From the NCBI RefSeq assembly GCF_902459465.1, contig NC_047070.1, forward strand, positions 17,050,001 through 17,114,000: 64,000 bases of DNA. Direction: 5' to 3'. Every line of letters begins with the position of its first letter. The stretch's first letter is position 1. The translations under genes were made by a program, and so were the position numbers. This document shows, piece after piece, positions 52,501-64,000 of this stretch. The notes beneath the pieces were generated by a model. That model worked only from the letters and a program-made list of their open reading frames with translations, was not told the DNA's origin and did not search any database. The DNA comes from Asterias rubens. Lineage: Eukaryota.

Positions 52501-55500
52501 TAGACACCCATCAAAACTGGTACCATGAAATTTATGAAAGAAAATCATTAGGCTGGTAAAATATCAACTTAGCAAATTCATTTTCTATGAAACACAGCCA
52601 ATACTTACGTAAAATTTGTTTACGTTTCGACTAGTATCACTAGTCATCCTCAGAACGAGGCACCACCAGTCAGTTGGTGGCGCTGTTTCCTGCTATGGCA
52701 CTGGATAGTGGTTTGGCAGATTGTGTCCTCCCCCGGGGTGGAACTTGGGGTATGAGGGGGTCCCTCAAGTTTGTGTCATCCCACTTTCCAAAACAAATTT
52801 CCTATATTGTAAACCACATGGGAAACTGACTTGACACCCCTTTGAACAAAGCTGTTGACAGTATTGGAGACTTCCACTAAAGCACTAGAAAGCTCAGTTG
52901 GTAGATCACTGGCATGAAACCTGGAAGTCGCAGGTTCAGATCCTGTTCTAGTCAAGTCCAGTTCTAGGTAATTGGGGGCATCAGTTCCTTGTCAATGCAT
53001 GTTAGTCATTTCTGCTGGGAGAAACTTAGTTAACCATGCAGCTCAAGTTCACACATTTTGACCTATTTCATGGTGCACTTACTGAAAAGACACTGGACAC
53101 TATTGGTAATTATTCAAATTAGTTAGCATAAAAACTAACTTGGTAATGAGCAATGGAGAGCTGTTGATAATATAAGACATTGTGAGAAACAGCTCCCTCT
53201 AAAAAAACAAGGTTTTTGAGAAAGAGGTAGTTTCTCACCCAAATAATATAAGACTTCAGGCCTGAAGCATTTTATTTATTAGGCATCTGAAGGACACCAA
53301 TTTTTGCTACAAGGGTGATTTTTCTTTCATTATTCTCTTGCAACTACGATGACCGATTGAGTCTAAATGAATATAAATAAGTGGGCACCACTTTACGCAT
53401 GTAATATTTGATTTCTTAAAAGGCAACTCCCTAACCATAAGTCGCCAGTCTTTATAAACCTCATCCTACAAACCACACTGTAATTTTGACGGATATCTTG
53501 TAACTCTACCCATCAAAAACAGGACACATTTACACCAACCATTGATTTCCATGTAGGGGAAGATCTCCGCTGGTGTATTTACATACACTCCAAAGCAGTG
53601 ACTCATAAACCATTTCCCTACATGAGGTAACTCAATTTGGGCGTAGTTTTTTCTGCCCCCTGTTGAAGACCGCTGTCAGATTAAGCCAACGTTTCAATTT
53701 TCCTACACAGGAGATAGAGCAGGAGAATTATGAAGTACCGTCTCTAGGTAAGTATTTTTAATGAGGCTTATTTCCACTCGTAATTTGGGTCATTGTGTCT
53801 CGTTAAGCCCAGTCCCTTCCGCGTAATAAGGCAAGAATGGTGTCCGATAATGACCACTTCATTCTCATTGATGCAGTTTGAACGGTGGTTTTTTTTTTAG
53901 CTTGGAGTGGTGGAATCTATTAGAGCCTTTCTATCTGCAGCCATGTTTTTGGTTTTTATTAGGAATGAGGGGTGGGGTGCCGCACTCTGCCAGGGATGTA
54001 GAGATGGCTGGCGCTGTGTGGTGTACTTTTGATTCTCAGAGTGTTTTCAGAAAAACCAAGTCTTGAAGCAGGTTGAGGGACCGATAATATCTTTTGCTTT
54101 ACATCGCGAAAGAAACGTTAACACAGAGCGCCATCAGATCTGCTTCTCGTCCAGATGTTTATCTGTCCAAGATCTCACCATAAGAAGTGTTTGCTGCCTC
54201 CATCGAAAAACATTATTCCAAAACTGTTTAAACCGCCAAACCAACCTCTCGGATTTACAAAAGTTCCACGACTTTGCAGAGTAAAACGTAGACCTCACAC
54301 TAATCGCGATGACGGGAATAAAGAAGACGTTGTTTGCATCTTGTGGCTGACTTCCTTGTGGCTTCATTCGAGATGAAATCCTTCATTGCGAGGATCCGAA
54401 GAACATTTCGCAATTTTCAAAACTGTCTTTGTTTGTTTTCAGCAGAAGAGCCAGAGCAGTCCGAGTATGAAGCCCCTATGATGGAGCAACAGGTAAGACC
54501 CTTTATTAGTAAGCAACTGATTTAAACAAAGCGCTACGATTAAGTGCGAGTGATCTTAGTGTGTAGTCACATGGCTGCTTAAAACCATTATACACTTTCG
54601 GAACAGGGAAAAAAGAAGAAAAAAAAAAATCACAGATTTACAAATAACTTACAGGGCTTACAGAAGGTAGTGGTAAAAGACTTCTCTTGAAATATTATTC
54701 CATGAAATGCTTTACTTTTGGAGAAAACGTTAAAACAATAATCAATTCTTGACAACAAGAATTATGGATTATAGTAACACATGTCATGACACGGCGAAAC
54801 GTGTGGAAACAAAGGTGGGTTTTCCCGTTATTTTCTCCCGACTCCGATGACCGGTTGAGCCTAAATTTTCACAGGTTTGTTATTTTATATATAAGTTGTG
54901 TTACACGAATACTGTTACCGAAAGTGTCCGGTGGCTTTAAGCAGAAAACATTCATCAGCAGAAATGAACAGGATACTTGTCTTAAATTGTACTTGTGTCA
55001 TGGTAGTTTGGCTGGTGACCTTATTCTGGTAAGCGTTAAGTTTGATGCTTAGCTACTTTTTGTGCTTTTAGCACCTCTATGAAATTGGGCCATGGTCTCA
55101 TATAGCACTTCAACACACATTTTTGTTGAGCAAAACTAAGTCTTACTTAGCAGAAACAGGCAAAAACCAAGGTACAATGTTTATTATTAGTAGCTGGTTC
55201 CCTTCTAATTAGTCAAATAATATGTTAAGTTATTCTGTCTGTTGGATGGTTTCATAAATCAGCTCTATCTTATTGGAGCTTCGTAATAAGCTGCTTAAGT
55301 CAGCACAGCAAAACTATGCTTACCAGAAAAGAGTTACCAGCCGAAATACCATGTGACGTGCACCATCTGTGAATGGTACCCTGCTCGTTTTATGCTTAGC
55401 AGCTTCATGATTGGCTCAGGATAGGGTGTGGTACATTGTTTGCTTCGAGAGAGAACATACCATGATCTACTGTTCACAAAAGATACTATTAGGTGGGACA

Positions 55501-58500
55501 GGAAATGACAAAATTACATGTTCATTAAAATGATGTCATGCCTGCTTTGTTATTGTCCACCTTGTAATTTTTATGTCATTTATTGTGTGTGTTAAAAGGG
55601 AGACTTTTAAAGGGCCATGTCTACCGCAAAGTGACACTCCTGGCGCAGAAAAAAAAAACCTCAACTATGCTGACATCTTCAAAAGATGGAAATTTGCATT
55701 GGGGATAAAGAATATAATTTTGGGTTTTTTACCCATACACTGATGTGTGTTAGCACTGCATGCTCAGTGTTTTCCCAAGCTCTGTTAAAAAACTTACAGA
55801 CATAACTGCATATGTAAATTGCATTTGGGATGAGTTTGTTGCTGTTAGGACTTCTTCTGTATGTTTAAACCGCCTTGAGTGTCTCTGAGTGAGGGATTCG
55901 CACACTCTTACAAGAAACCACTATTGTTCTAAATGAGATTTACACACGGTTGTACCAACACGTTGAGACCACATGGACTCTTCTTAGAGCCAGCACTCCT
56001 CATGAAAGGTTACTAGAACAAGAGTTACTTCCCAGAAAAAGATACAAAGATTATCTTAAACATGATGTTGGAGCGGACTTTGATCTTTCCGTTTTCTTAA
56101 AAACAAAAATCATCATATTTTTTTGTTCTACTATCGCAGGAAGAAGAAGAAGAGGAAGAGTACCTTGTAGCAGGTAAGATTACCCTCTGGAAAGAGAATG
56201 TTTATTTTTATTGTTCCACTGAATTGAGAATGCTCATTTTGTTATTGAGAGTATCATTAATTTTGTTCTTGATTCGTAGTACCTCGCCCATTTGCCCACA
56301 GACGACCCCTTAATCCTCCTCTATGCAGAGAGCTGAGATGGTTTAAGGAATAAATTAAGGCCCAGTGACCAGGGGGTTATACTGTTTGTAATGTTGGAAG
56401 TATTTGAGATTAATTTGGAGGGGGGGAGCACCTGTCCACATGATGAGCATGTCCAATTTCACAGAAAATACTGCTTAACAATCTTTTGCTCAGCAGAAAA
56501 GAGCGAGATACCACGAACAAGTTGTGCATGTGACTTATTCTGGCAAGCGAAATGTTGTTATGCTTGGCTACTTTTGGTGCTTTTAAGACCCTTTAGCATG
56601 CATAGATATAAAACATAACGCCATACCCTCCTCAGTGCGCCATAAATAATTCAATCGATTTCCAGCCGTATCCAGAGATCGTCGGACAACTGTCGGTGTG
56701 ATTATTTTTCTTGTGTTACAAGTTGAGTTTATTTTGTAGAGGATGAAATTGTCTTTTGTTGTTTTGTATGACTCACCAAATTCAAGCATTCAGGTTGGAA
56801 TATAACAAATTGTGCATGTGACCTGGTATTTTGGCTTGTTACCTCATTCTTGGAAGCATACATTTAGGCTAGCACAGAAATTCGGTGCTTGCACGTAAGC
56901 GGGGAATCGTGATCGTAAGCACAGAAATCGGCGGTAAGCAGAGCCATGAAATTGGGCCCTGGTATTTTGGCTTGTAACCTCATTCTTGGAAGCATATTTG
57001 TTGTGCTTGTTGCTTCTTGTTGTGCTTTTCAAAGCAGCTCTATGAAGTTGGGCCACAGTGTTGCTTTATAGATCCACCCTCTTCAATCCTCCTCAATGAA
57101 AGGGCATCACTCTGAGACAGTTTACAGAGGTTTTTGAAAATTGGTTAATGTCCTACTCATGCGCATAAGGTCTTTATTAATAATAATTATAGTAATCTCA
57201 AAGTCTTACATAGCGCACGTATCTACCAACAAGGTACTCAAGGCAAGTACTCAAGGCGCTGAGTATATATTACAAACTTTTTCAGAAAGATAAGTTGTTG
57301 AAGTTATGAATTCTGAGACCCAATTATTTAGCAGCCACAGACAGGAGCATCGGCGCGAACCCCCTTCTTTTCGATAAGTGCACTGGGTTCTTTTACATGC
57401 CATACACAACACATGAGACCAACAGATTAAGTCCCATCCGAAGGACGAATCAATGGTTATGTGTCTTGCTTAAGGACACAAGTGTCACTGCTAATAATTT
57501 TTAGTCTGAAGAACTTTTTAATGATTACTTACAGCGAAGTTATGATGTTTTCTATCAAATAGATACAACAAGAGGGTTCAAGACCAGAAGGCTACCCGAG
57601 CTTCCACAAAATGATTCTGTTGGTTTCCCATCACGTCCTCCAGCCCCTCTTCCGTCTAGTGGTGGTGGCCCTCCTCCAAGGCCCGTCAAACCCCCAGATC
57701 TCCACTTCTCGTCTTCGGATGAGGCCCTCCCTCCACCGATCCCGGTGCGGCCTCCTGCGTCACGATCTCCTGTTGAAACAAAGGCCTTCACAACCAAAGT
57801 CCTTCCAGACCCGCCCCCTCAAACTATACGAAACATTGTGAAAAGAACGTCCGGGGACCTTGCATTTGGGATAAACACGAACAATGGTCTCCTTGAGGAA
57901 AGACGAGGTTTAAGTCAGCCGCCTCCTCCGTTAGCGGTGAGTACAATGAAGCCACCACCACTGCCAAAGAATATACCAGAGACGCCCAACGGAAGTAGAG
58001 ACCTGCTCAACACTGCTGCGAACAACGGCGACGGGATCGCCAAAATGTTGAACAAGTTTGAGAGGAAGGATGAACCGGAGATTAAACCACCTCAGCTTAC
58101 ACCAAGGCCACTGCTCAAGAAGCCTGACCCCGCCTCTAAGCCAACCCCTACCCGAAAACCCTGGCAGAAATCTATTCACGCTCCACCACAGGAGGTGAAC
58201 CTTCCCCTGTCTACCCCAACAAGACATACCCTGGCGTCGGCTGACAACAGAGCAGGCCAGCCTCCGAAACTTCCATTGCCGCAGCCGTCCCCTCGGTCAC
58301 ATTTGCCAGATCCTGCTGACATTGAGAGAAATAGTGTGAAGCCAATGCCTCAAATTCCAGGCAAGGACCTGCACAAGCCCATCAAGAAGTTTACACGTAT
58401 GTATTGTATTCATTTTGGGGTTGTTTTTTTTTTGGGGGGGGGGAGGAGCTGGGTTTTGTGAGAGAACATTTTGGTTCTCAAAACTATATGGTACAGTCTT

Positions 58501-60750
58501 GCCAATAGCATTCCGCACTAATGCTGAAATTAGAAAACCTAAAGCTCTATTAGTTTTTTGTTTGAAAGGATAGGAGGCCTGTTGTTCTAATGTATAGTTA
58601 TGTATTTCATAAGTTTGACATTTATTTGTGTAAATGTATAAAATCTTCTATGCGTTGTTATGCAGCTCATTCACCAAAGGCTCATCCAGAAATTCCTAAA
58701 AAGAGTGAAGCAATGGAAGAGAAAGTGCCGTTAAGGAGGGAGCCAGAGAAAGCGCCGTTAAGGAGGGAGCCAGAGAAAGCGATCAGACAAGTTCCAATGG
58801 TTCCTAAAATGGTAAGACTTGAACATTTCATTATTGGTAATTGCTCAAAATAATTGTTGGCTTCAAAAACTTTCTTTGCAATTCTTTTTTTGTATTTGTC
58901 AAATACCAGTATTCTCACTTGGTGTACAAGTGTATAAGATAACAAATCTGTGAAATATTGGGATCAATGAAACAAATCTGTGAAATATTGGGATCAATTA
59001 GTCATTAAAGTTGCAAGGAAATAAAAGACAAAACACCCTTGTTGCATAGATTTGTGTGCTTTCAGATGCATGAGAAAGGCTTCATGCCTGACTCTTCCTC
59101 ATATTCAAAGATTTAAAAAGTCAGTTTACTTCAGAGGGAGCAGTTTCTCACAATTTTGTATACTATCAACAGCTCTCTGTTGCTCATTACCAAATAAGTT
59201 TTTATGCTAACACATACTTACCAAATGTGTCCATTGCCTTTGATGATAGCCCCTGAGAGCATTCACACTTGTTCGTCTTTATTGTCCCTCGTGATCACTC
59301 ACTCACTTATTGTACCTTTCCATTTTATTTCACATCTTTCCTTGCAGAGTGATATGACTGGGTATCCATGGTATGATGCTAAACTGAGCAGGGGCGAAGC
59401 TGACCGAATTCTCAAAGAAACTAAGAAGGTAAAACAATCTTGTGCCGGTCGAACAACTGCTGAGCCCCAACATGTTGGGAACTCAATATGCGCATCCAAA
59501 ATTAATACCCCTGGTCACTGGGCCATTTAGTTCATTCTTTAAACCATCTTAGCTCTCTGGGGATTATACAGCCTGTGCAACAAAAATTTGCTACTTGGCT
59601 AAATCAATCACAAGAACCATCTCTGCTTAACATGTACCCATCTACCCCTGGGTAGAGAGAAGCATGTAGTTAAGTGTCTTGCTTAGGGACACAAGTGTCC
59701 TGACTCCCGAACCCACACTCTGCTGAACAGAATCACAAGATTGAGTTCAGAGATCTTATCCGCTCGGCCACGACATGCTAGTACTGTTTTAGTAGCCACT
59801 AACATTTAATATTAATGTTTAATCTTTCCTATCTAGGACGGTGCATTTGTGGTACGGAACAGCGCTAGGCCTGACCAAACTACCCCCTACTCTCTTTCAC
59901 TCTGGTTCAACAACAAATCAAGAAACCTACACATCAGGCTGCGGAGTGACGGCAAATACGCCCTTGGAAAATTCAAAGAAAATGAACAGGTGAGACAATC
60001 AGTGACTGACCCCAGTATCCCATCGTTTTTTTTACAATCCAACATCACAAGCAGAGCGAATAGGAAATGAGAAAAACAATTCTTTCTTGTTTCCCCCTTT
60101 TAAAAAAAAACAAAATCACAGGCATGTTACTCGTGTAGGGTTCGAATCCATGACTTTTGCAATTCTACAGCAGTATAATACTAATTAAACTACCGAGCTT
60201 AGGAAAGTGCCGAGTATACAGTTCTAACACACAAAGGTGTATGTGGTTAAAACCAATTAATATGCTTTAACCCCAATGCAAATTTCCATCTTTTAAAAGA
60301 AAGGTTCAGTTGTACTGAAATGAATTTTCTTCAAAACACAGCCAATATTTAAGTAAATTTTGTTTATGTTTTGACTAGTATTGCAGAATGAGGCACCACC
60401 AGTCGGTTGGTTGCGCTGTTTCCTGCTGGATGGTGGTTTGGCTGATTGTGTCCTCCCCGGGCTGGAACTTGGTTCAGTTGTAGATGAGGGAGGAAAACCC
60501 CAAATGGGAAATTCTTTATTTTTTCAAAACAGTTTATTTTACAGTGATTTTTTACAGTCATTAACTTTTGGATTATTCACCAGTCTATGATACCAACCTT
60601 TAAGCCTTCCTTTCTCTGTTTTTCCAAATGTCTGGTCAGGTATTTGACACACCAGTACTTCTGATCCAGTATCACATGACCACGCCTCTAATTCTGGCTG
60701 GAGATGAAGGCAAGACCTGCCTCAAGATAGCGGCTCCTAACTTCCGCTGA
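28534..60750 (+). CDS. SLP-76/BLNK/CLNK-family signalling adaptor (SAM, acidic Tyr motifs, Pro-rich, C-terminal SH2), 23 coding exons, about 865 aa
   Basis: Exons 28534-28608, 32980-33042, 35320-35393, 38594-38677, 39271-39365, 41790-41830, 42259-42310, 43154-43203, 44079-44294, 45811-45868, 48107-48169, 49610-49654, 50120-50157, 50874-50902, 52290-52458, 53711-53747, 54443-54492, 56140-56173, 57563-58396, 58666-58811, 59348-59428, 59837-59989, 60640-60750. All GT-AG, phases consistent, 2598 nt. SAM-like WTVKEVGDWLERIGFYEYKEPLQTVGINGKELFELSE; PQAPEPDY; WGSDFSNDED; SH2 YPWYDAKLSRGEADRIL...DGAFVVRNS...PYSLSLWFNNKSRNLHIR. Small middle exons are less certain than the SAM and SH2 exons. Confidence 0.85.
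29325..29820. mobile_element. MITE, possibly PIF/Harbinger-like
   Basis: TIRs GCCCTTTTCACACG / CGTGTGAAAGGGGC; subterminal GGGTCCCTTGCTA and TAGCAAGGGACCC motifs. Confidence 0.7.
30470..30905. repeat. Three to four diverged ~120-140 bp tandem units in intron 1 of the SLP-76-like gene
   Basis: Recurring TGATATGAACTTTCCAGT..GAGGCA..GTGCAGTC..ATGTC.GCACATCATCATCAAA, with anchors at about 30551, 30673 and 30811. Confidence 0.75.
33410..33759 (-). repeat. Pro/Lys/Glu-coding-like minisatellite (KPKLAPQPEP) with two +1 frameshifts; possible pseudo-exon
   Basis: ATG at 33759 reads MYAAPKLMTEPKLVPKPKTKLAPQPKPKLVPQPEPKYEPK...; variation between units is largely at third codon positions. Confidence 0.6.
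34258..34634. mobile_element. TTAA-flanked MITE, family 1 copy
   Basis: TTAA|AGGCAGTGGACACTATTGGTAAT ... ATTACCATAGTGTCTGAAGGTCT|TTAA. Confidence 0.85.
36691..37073. mobile_element. TTAA-flanked MITE, family 1 copy
   Basis: TTAA|AGGCAGTGGACACGATTGGTAAT ... ACTACCAATAGTGTCCAGTGGCT|TTAA. Confidence 0.85.
39470..39655 (+). mobile_element. tRNA-derived SINE, family B
   Basis: Pol III-like head followed by GGGAAAGTACTG..TATACAGTGCTAACACACATC..TATCCCCGATGCAAA. Reverse-orientation copies at about 1410-1500, 4335-4495, 55680-55800 and 60110-60300. Confidence 0.7.
40791..40861. repeat. Perfect 11-bp minisatellite (GGCTATGACCT) x ~6.5
   Basis: Read directly from the sequence. Confidence 0.9.
45130..45370 (+). 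mobile_element. Decayed LINE (CR1/L2-like) ORF2 3' end
   Basis: Peptide SPFRRFTRLWDAIPQNLRD resembles the R..RLWN.LP..LR terminal motif of CR1/L2 ORF2; no RT core is visible. Confidence 0.45.
46942..47308. mobile_element. TTAA-flanked MITE, family 2 copy (reverse orientation)
   Basis: Reverse complement of 7792-8156 over its length; ends CGAAAGGGTCCAATGGCT|TTAA. Confidence 0.85.
47530..48030. repeat. Highly diverged G-poor minisatellite with an AAATCAC core
   Basis: AAATCA(C) recurs at roughly 18-25 nt spacing; strong A/T/C strand skew. Confidence 0.6.
51131..51456 (-). mobile_element. Second copy of the hammerhead-bearing repeat, with one terminal 40-nt segment relocated and inverted
   Basis: 51131-51417 aligns to 5777-6033. 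Its hammerhead part (51380-51417) has a perfect helix II GACUAG/CUAGUC and a GUU triplet but is truncated at C3. 51417-51456 is the reverse complement of 5738-5777. Confidence 0.65.
51711..52064. mobile_element. TTAA-flanked fold-back element (whole element is an imperfect hairpin)
   Basis: TTAA on both sides; 160-170 bp imperfect inverted arms around a perfect 24-nt palindrome ATTTTCGTCTCATGAGACGAAAAT (51871-51894). The right arm recurs at about 61660-61803. Confidence 0.85.
52618..52656 (-). ncRNA. Minimal type I hammerhead ribozyme motif (core intact)
   Basis: Minus strand: GUU CUGAGGA U GACUAG ugaua CUAGUC GAAAC GUA AAC. This gives core CUGANGA, a perfect 6-bp helix II, GAAA, palindromic ACGU in place of helix III, a GUA cleavage triplet and a 3-bp helix I. 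Confidence 0.7.
60340..60480 (-). mobile_element. Degenerate copy of the repeat family carrying the 52618 hammerhead
   Basis: Shares AAACACAGCCAATA...GACTAGTA...GAGGCACCACCAGTC...GCGCTGTTTCCTGC...GATTGTGTCCTCCCC with about 52590-52750; the ribozyme core is partly deleted. Confidence 0.6.
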
Positions 60751-63700
60751 TGAAGAGGAGACGAGTGTGCCACTGGAGAGAAACCAACTCTCCATGTGTG
60801 TTAATCAACTCAATCTAAACAGTGAAGTGCCTCTGTTGTGAGATGATATGTATTACTATCACTATGAAAATCTTCTTCTTGAAAATGGGGATGAAAATCT
60901 ACTTTTCTCCTTGAAATGGGTTTGAGCTTGGCTAGCTTTCCCTGAAACCATGGTGAAATTCACGGAGGAAGACTCTTTTTTTTCCTAGACGATTTAAGGG
61001 AATCTTAAAGAATATTGAAAGAGAAATAGCTACAGATACAGCAACGCTCTTATCTGCTTGACCATGACACTATAAAAAGTTTGTTAGGCAATAGCTCAGT
61101 AGAGATCCACTAGTCATAATTCATCTGTTTTCAGTAAGCAAGTGGTTGTTTGATAAGACATGAATGATTATGACAATTTGAACTACCTTTATATCCTAAA
61201 ACGACAGCAGTGAGCAATCTATTGGCAGCAGGCAGACGAGTATCAAGTACTGCCGAGTACTAGAGCAGCTGAGTGGTACTCGATTACAAGTACTTGGGCT
61301 ATCAAGCACAAGTACTAGTAATTTGAGTATTCTGATCTCCGAGTAGTGTGTCCAACGGCCGAGTACCAAGTAATTGGATCTATGAGTACGATAAAAAGAT
61401 GAGTACTTTATGAAAAAGGTTTTGCAAAATGAGGTCTTAAATATGACTTGTTTTAACCACTTCACATTGGTTATTCGAGAGAAGAAAAAAATTCCATGCT
61501 CACCCGCGGTTCTTTTTTTCTTGGTAAATGTTTTGAGCTTCTGGAGTTATCAATATCCTTTGACTTGATAAAGGAAAGAGAACAACGGTTGTTATAATTT
61601 GGCACTAGAATTTGATGCTGTCTTGTGAGAAAATATGAGTAAGAACTTATCGTGACTCATTACATTTTTTTACTCATTTCTCAAAATATACAGCACCTCA
61701 GGAAGTAATATTTGAAGGGAAGCTTTCCACTATCATTATCTTCAAACCCTGTAAGTTTAATGTAAATCTATGGACATTTTGAAAAAGTACCCAAATCCTT
61801 TAAGCAAAAATCCTTAAAGACAAAATATGAAACGGTTACTGTAAAGAACACATTCATTCCAAGAATATTGTTTTAGAAATAGATCTCCAGATTTCTGGTC
61901 ATTTTAGTGCCAAAAACACATACATTGACTTCTTCGTCTTTTTATTTTAGGTTTGGTAATTACTTTTAAATGCAATTGCAATAAAAACTTCTAGTTAGAA
62001 GCCTACAACAGTTTTCGATTGAACTAGCCAGGCTCTTATTTAGACAACACTAAATTTACAAAGGCAATTATGATGTTTTTATATATTTTCAGTAAAATTG
62101 ATCAATAAACAATCATGGTGTTTAAACAAACTTAATTGTAGTAATATTTTGTTGTCAATGTTGACAACCTTGGGTGTGTATAAGTGAAGTGTTTTGCAGG
62201 CAAAATCTTGTAAATTTTCAGATTTTTAGAATAATGCTAAAGGTCTCTATACTTAATTTGTAAGGATGAAAACTATCACTGTTTAATTTTAGTCAAAAAG
62301 CTTACTAAAATGAGAACTTCATATTCAAGCCATACATTTATGTCAAATAGTTCCCTCCGAAATGAAATTACATTCCGGAAAACTGTTACTGAAAACCTAT
62401 ATTCAAAACTTAAAAACACACCTGATTTCAGTTACAACTAAAAGGACAATGTGCACATACACCGGATATTTTGTATCAAGGGTATTAAACGGTTTTCACT
62501 GTTTTTTATTTGATCTGGCTTGAAGGTATTTGCATAAAATAACAAACCTGTGAACTTTGAACTCCATTGGTCGTTGGAGTTGTGAGAGAATAATGGACGA
62601 ACAAATAAAAAAGTTGCGTGCTCCTTATAAGATACCGTGAATTCGAGACCTCAGCTGAGGTCTTGAAATCTATTCAAATATTTTAGTGAGAAAAAACGTC
62701 TTTCTCAAAAACTACGTTACTGAAGAGGGAACCGTTTTTCACAATGTGTTATATCTATCAAGAGCTCCTATTTCTCGTATAAACAAGGAATATTTTGTGC
62801 ATTTTTTTTTAGGCAATTACCAATAGTTTCCAGCTAAATTAATCAGGAATGAAATCGTTTATCTTTCCCAGCTCGGCGAAAATATACATATTTGTTTACT
62901 GCAAAAACAAATTTAATACTTATTGTTTTAACTATGCTATTCTGAATGGCACATAAAGTCTCATTTATTTTTAGTTCGTTAGTATGCGTAGCTTATGTTT
63001 AGTATTTTTCTAAACGGGGTTTGTGGTTGGGTGTTAGCAGATTTAATTATTAAAAATAGGAATTTGTAAAATTTTGTAAAATTTTGTAAATAATTATTAT
63101 TAACACAAATTGTTAACATATCATTCTAACTTTTGTTATACATTAGTTTTTAATGAAGTAGTTGTAAATAAATATAAGGTGTATATGAATAGAAATGATC
63201 ATGTTTGGCTTAGTAGTGCTGTGAGTGTGTAAGCTTACAGGGGTGTCTGTGTGGGGTATTTTAATTTTTACACAAGAAACGTGTGAGGACGTCTTCGCTT
63301 CAACTAAATCAAAACATGATTGGAGAACAACTCATCGACTTATTCGATCGACATATTAAAACCCCTTATCAGTAATGCTTGTTACACTGTGTGTCCCTAA
63401 TGAGGTTTGTTCGATTTGCTCGATATTTTCGCGATATATCAAAAACGTGATCTTCTTTTGAAATGAAATGTTAACGTAGTTTTATTGTAAACAATTTCAG
63501 TCCTAATTACAAACAGTCAAATGGTACCAAAACAAAAGGTAAACTTTGCTAGCAATGTCAAGTTGTGTGGAACTTGTACAGCCTTCCATGTCAATATTTA
63601 ACTCCTGGATTAACCCAATATAGAAGATTTAGTCATTAGGGATAATGGAGATCAAAACTGGACACCAGGAAATAATATGTCTGAGAAGTGGACATCATTT

Positions 63701-64000
63701 TTAGACGGACATCCACGAGTCGTGTCGTGTGTTAGTGACTAAGTGAACCTTGAACTGATGTAAAGATTCTATCAAACTACAAAATGACGTCGCCTTGGAA
63801 TATTGTCAGTCACGGTTAATCAACACCATGCTTGGATGAAGGTCGAAACTCTTGCGAACTCAACTTCCGTGTCCCTTATAAATTTGGAGCCGTGCGCCCA
63901 TTTCGAAGTCTAGCCAATGTCCAAACCGGTGTGAAAGGAGATTATGTCCATCATATTGCGAACTGTGTAGAAACTTCTTCGGATAGGCCACCTTTTAGCC

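Noticed and set aside
60747-60790. CTGATGA...GAAAC across the SLP-76-like stop codon; possible TGA readthrough
   Set aside because: No helix II can form; the tandem TGA TGA is an ordinary stop and no SECIS was recognised.

Overview
Intron-rich animal genomic DNA, AT-rich outside exons. It is probably an echinoderm such as a sea star; this is only inferred from the repeat families and gene content. Five protein-coding genes were reconstructed by hand, with consistent reading frame across all junctions: WDR91 (minus, 16 exons, 779 aa), RAB28 (minus, 7 coding exons, 224 aa, CaaX end CSVM), an uncharacterised class I SAM-methyltransferase-like gene with an intronless CDS (plus, 346 aa), a divergent FAHD1-like gene (minus, 3 exons, 222 aa), and a SLP-76/BLNK-family adaptor (plus, 23 coding exons, about 865 aa; SAM, acidic Tyr motifs, Pro-rich region, SH2). 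Non-coding highlights are: minimal type I hammerhead-ribozyme motifs in two Penelope/retrozyme-like repeat families; minor-spliceosome (U12) introns in two neighbouring genes (AT-AC in WDR91, GT-AG in RAB28); a very tight putative bidirectional promoter between RAB28 and the methyltransferase; an antisense Pro/Lys repeat with coding-like variation; and many TTAA-flanked MITEs, other MITEs and tRNA-derived SINEs. All coordinates were counted by hand and no database searches were run.
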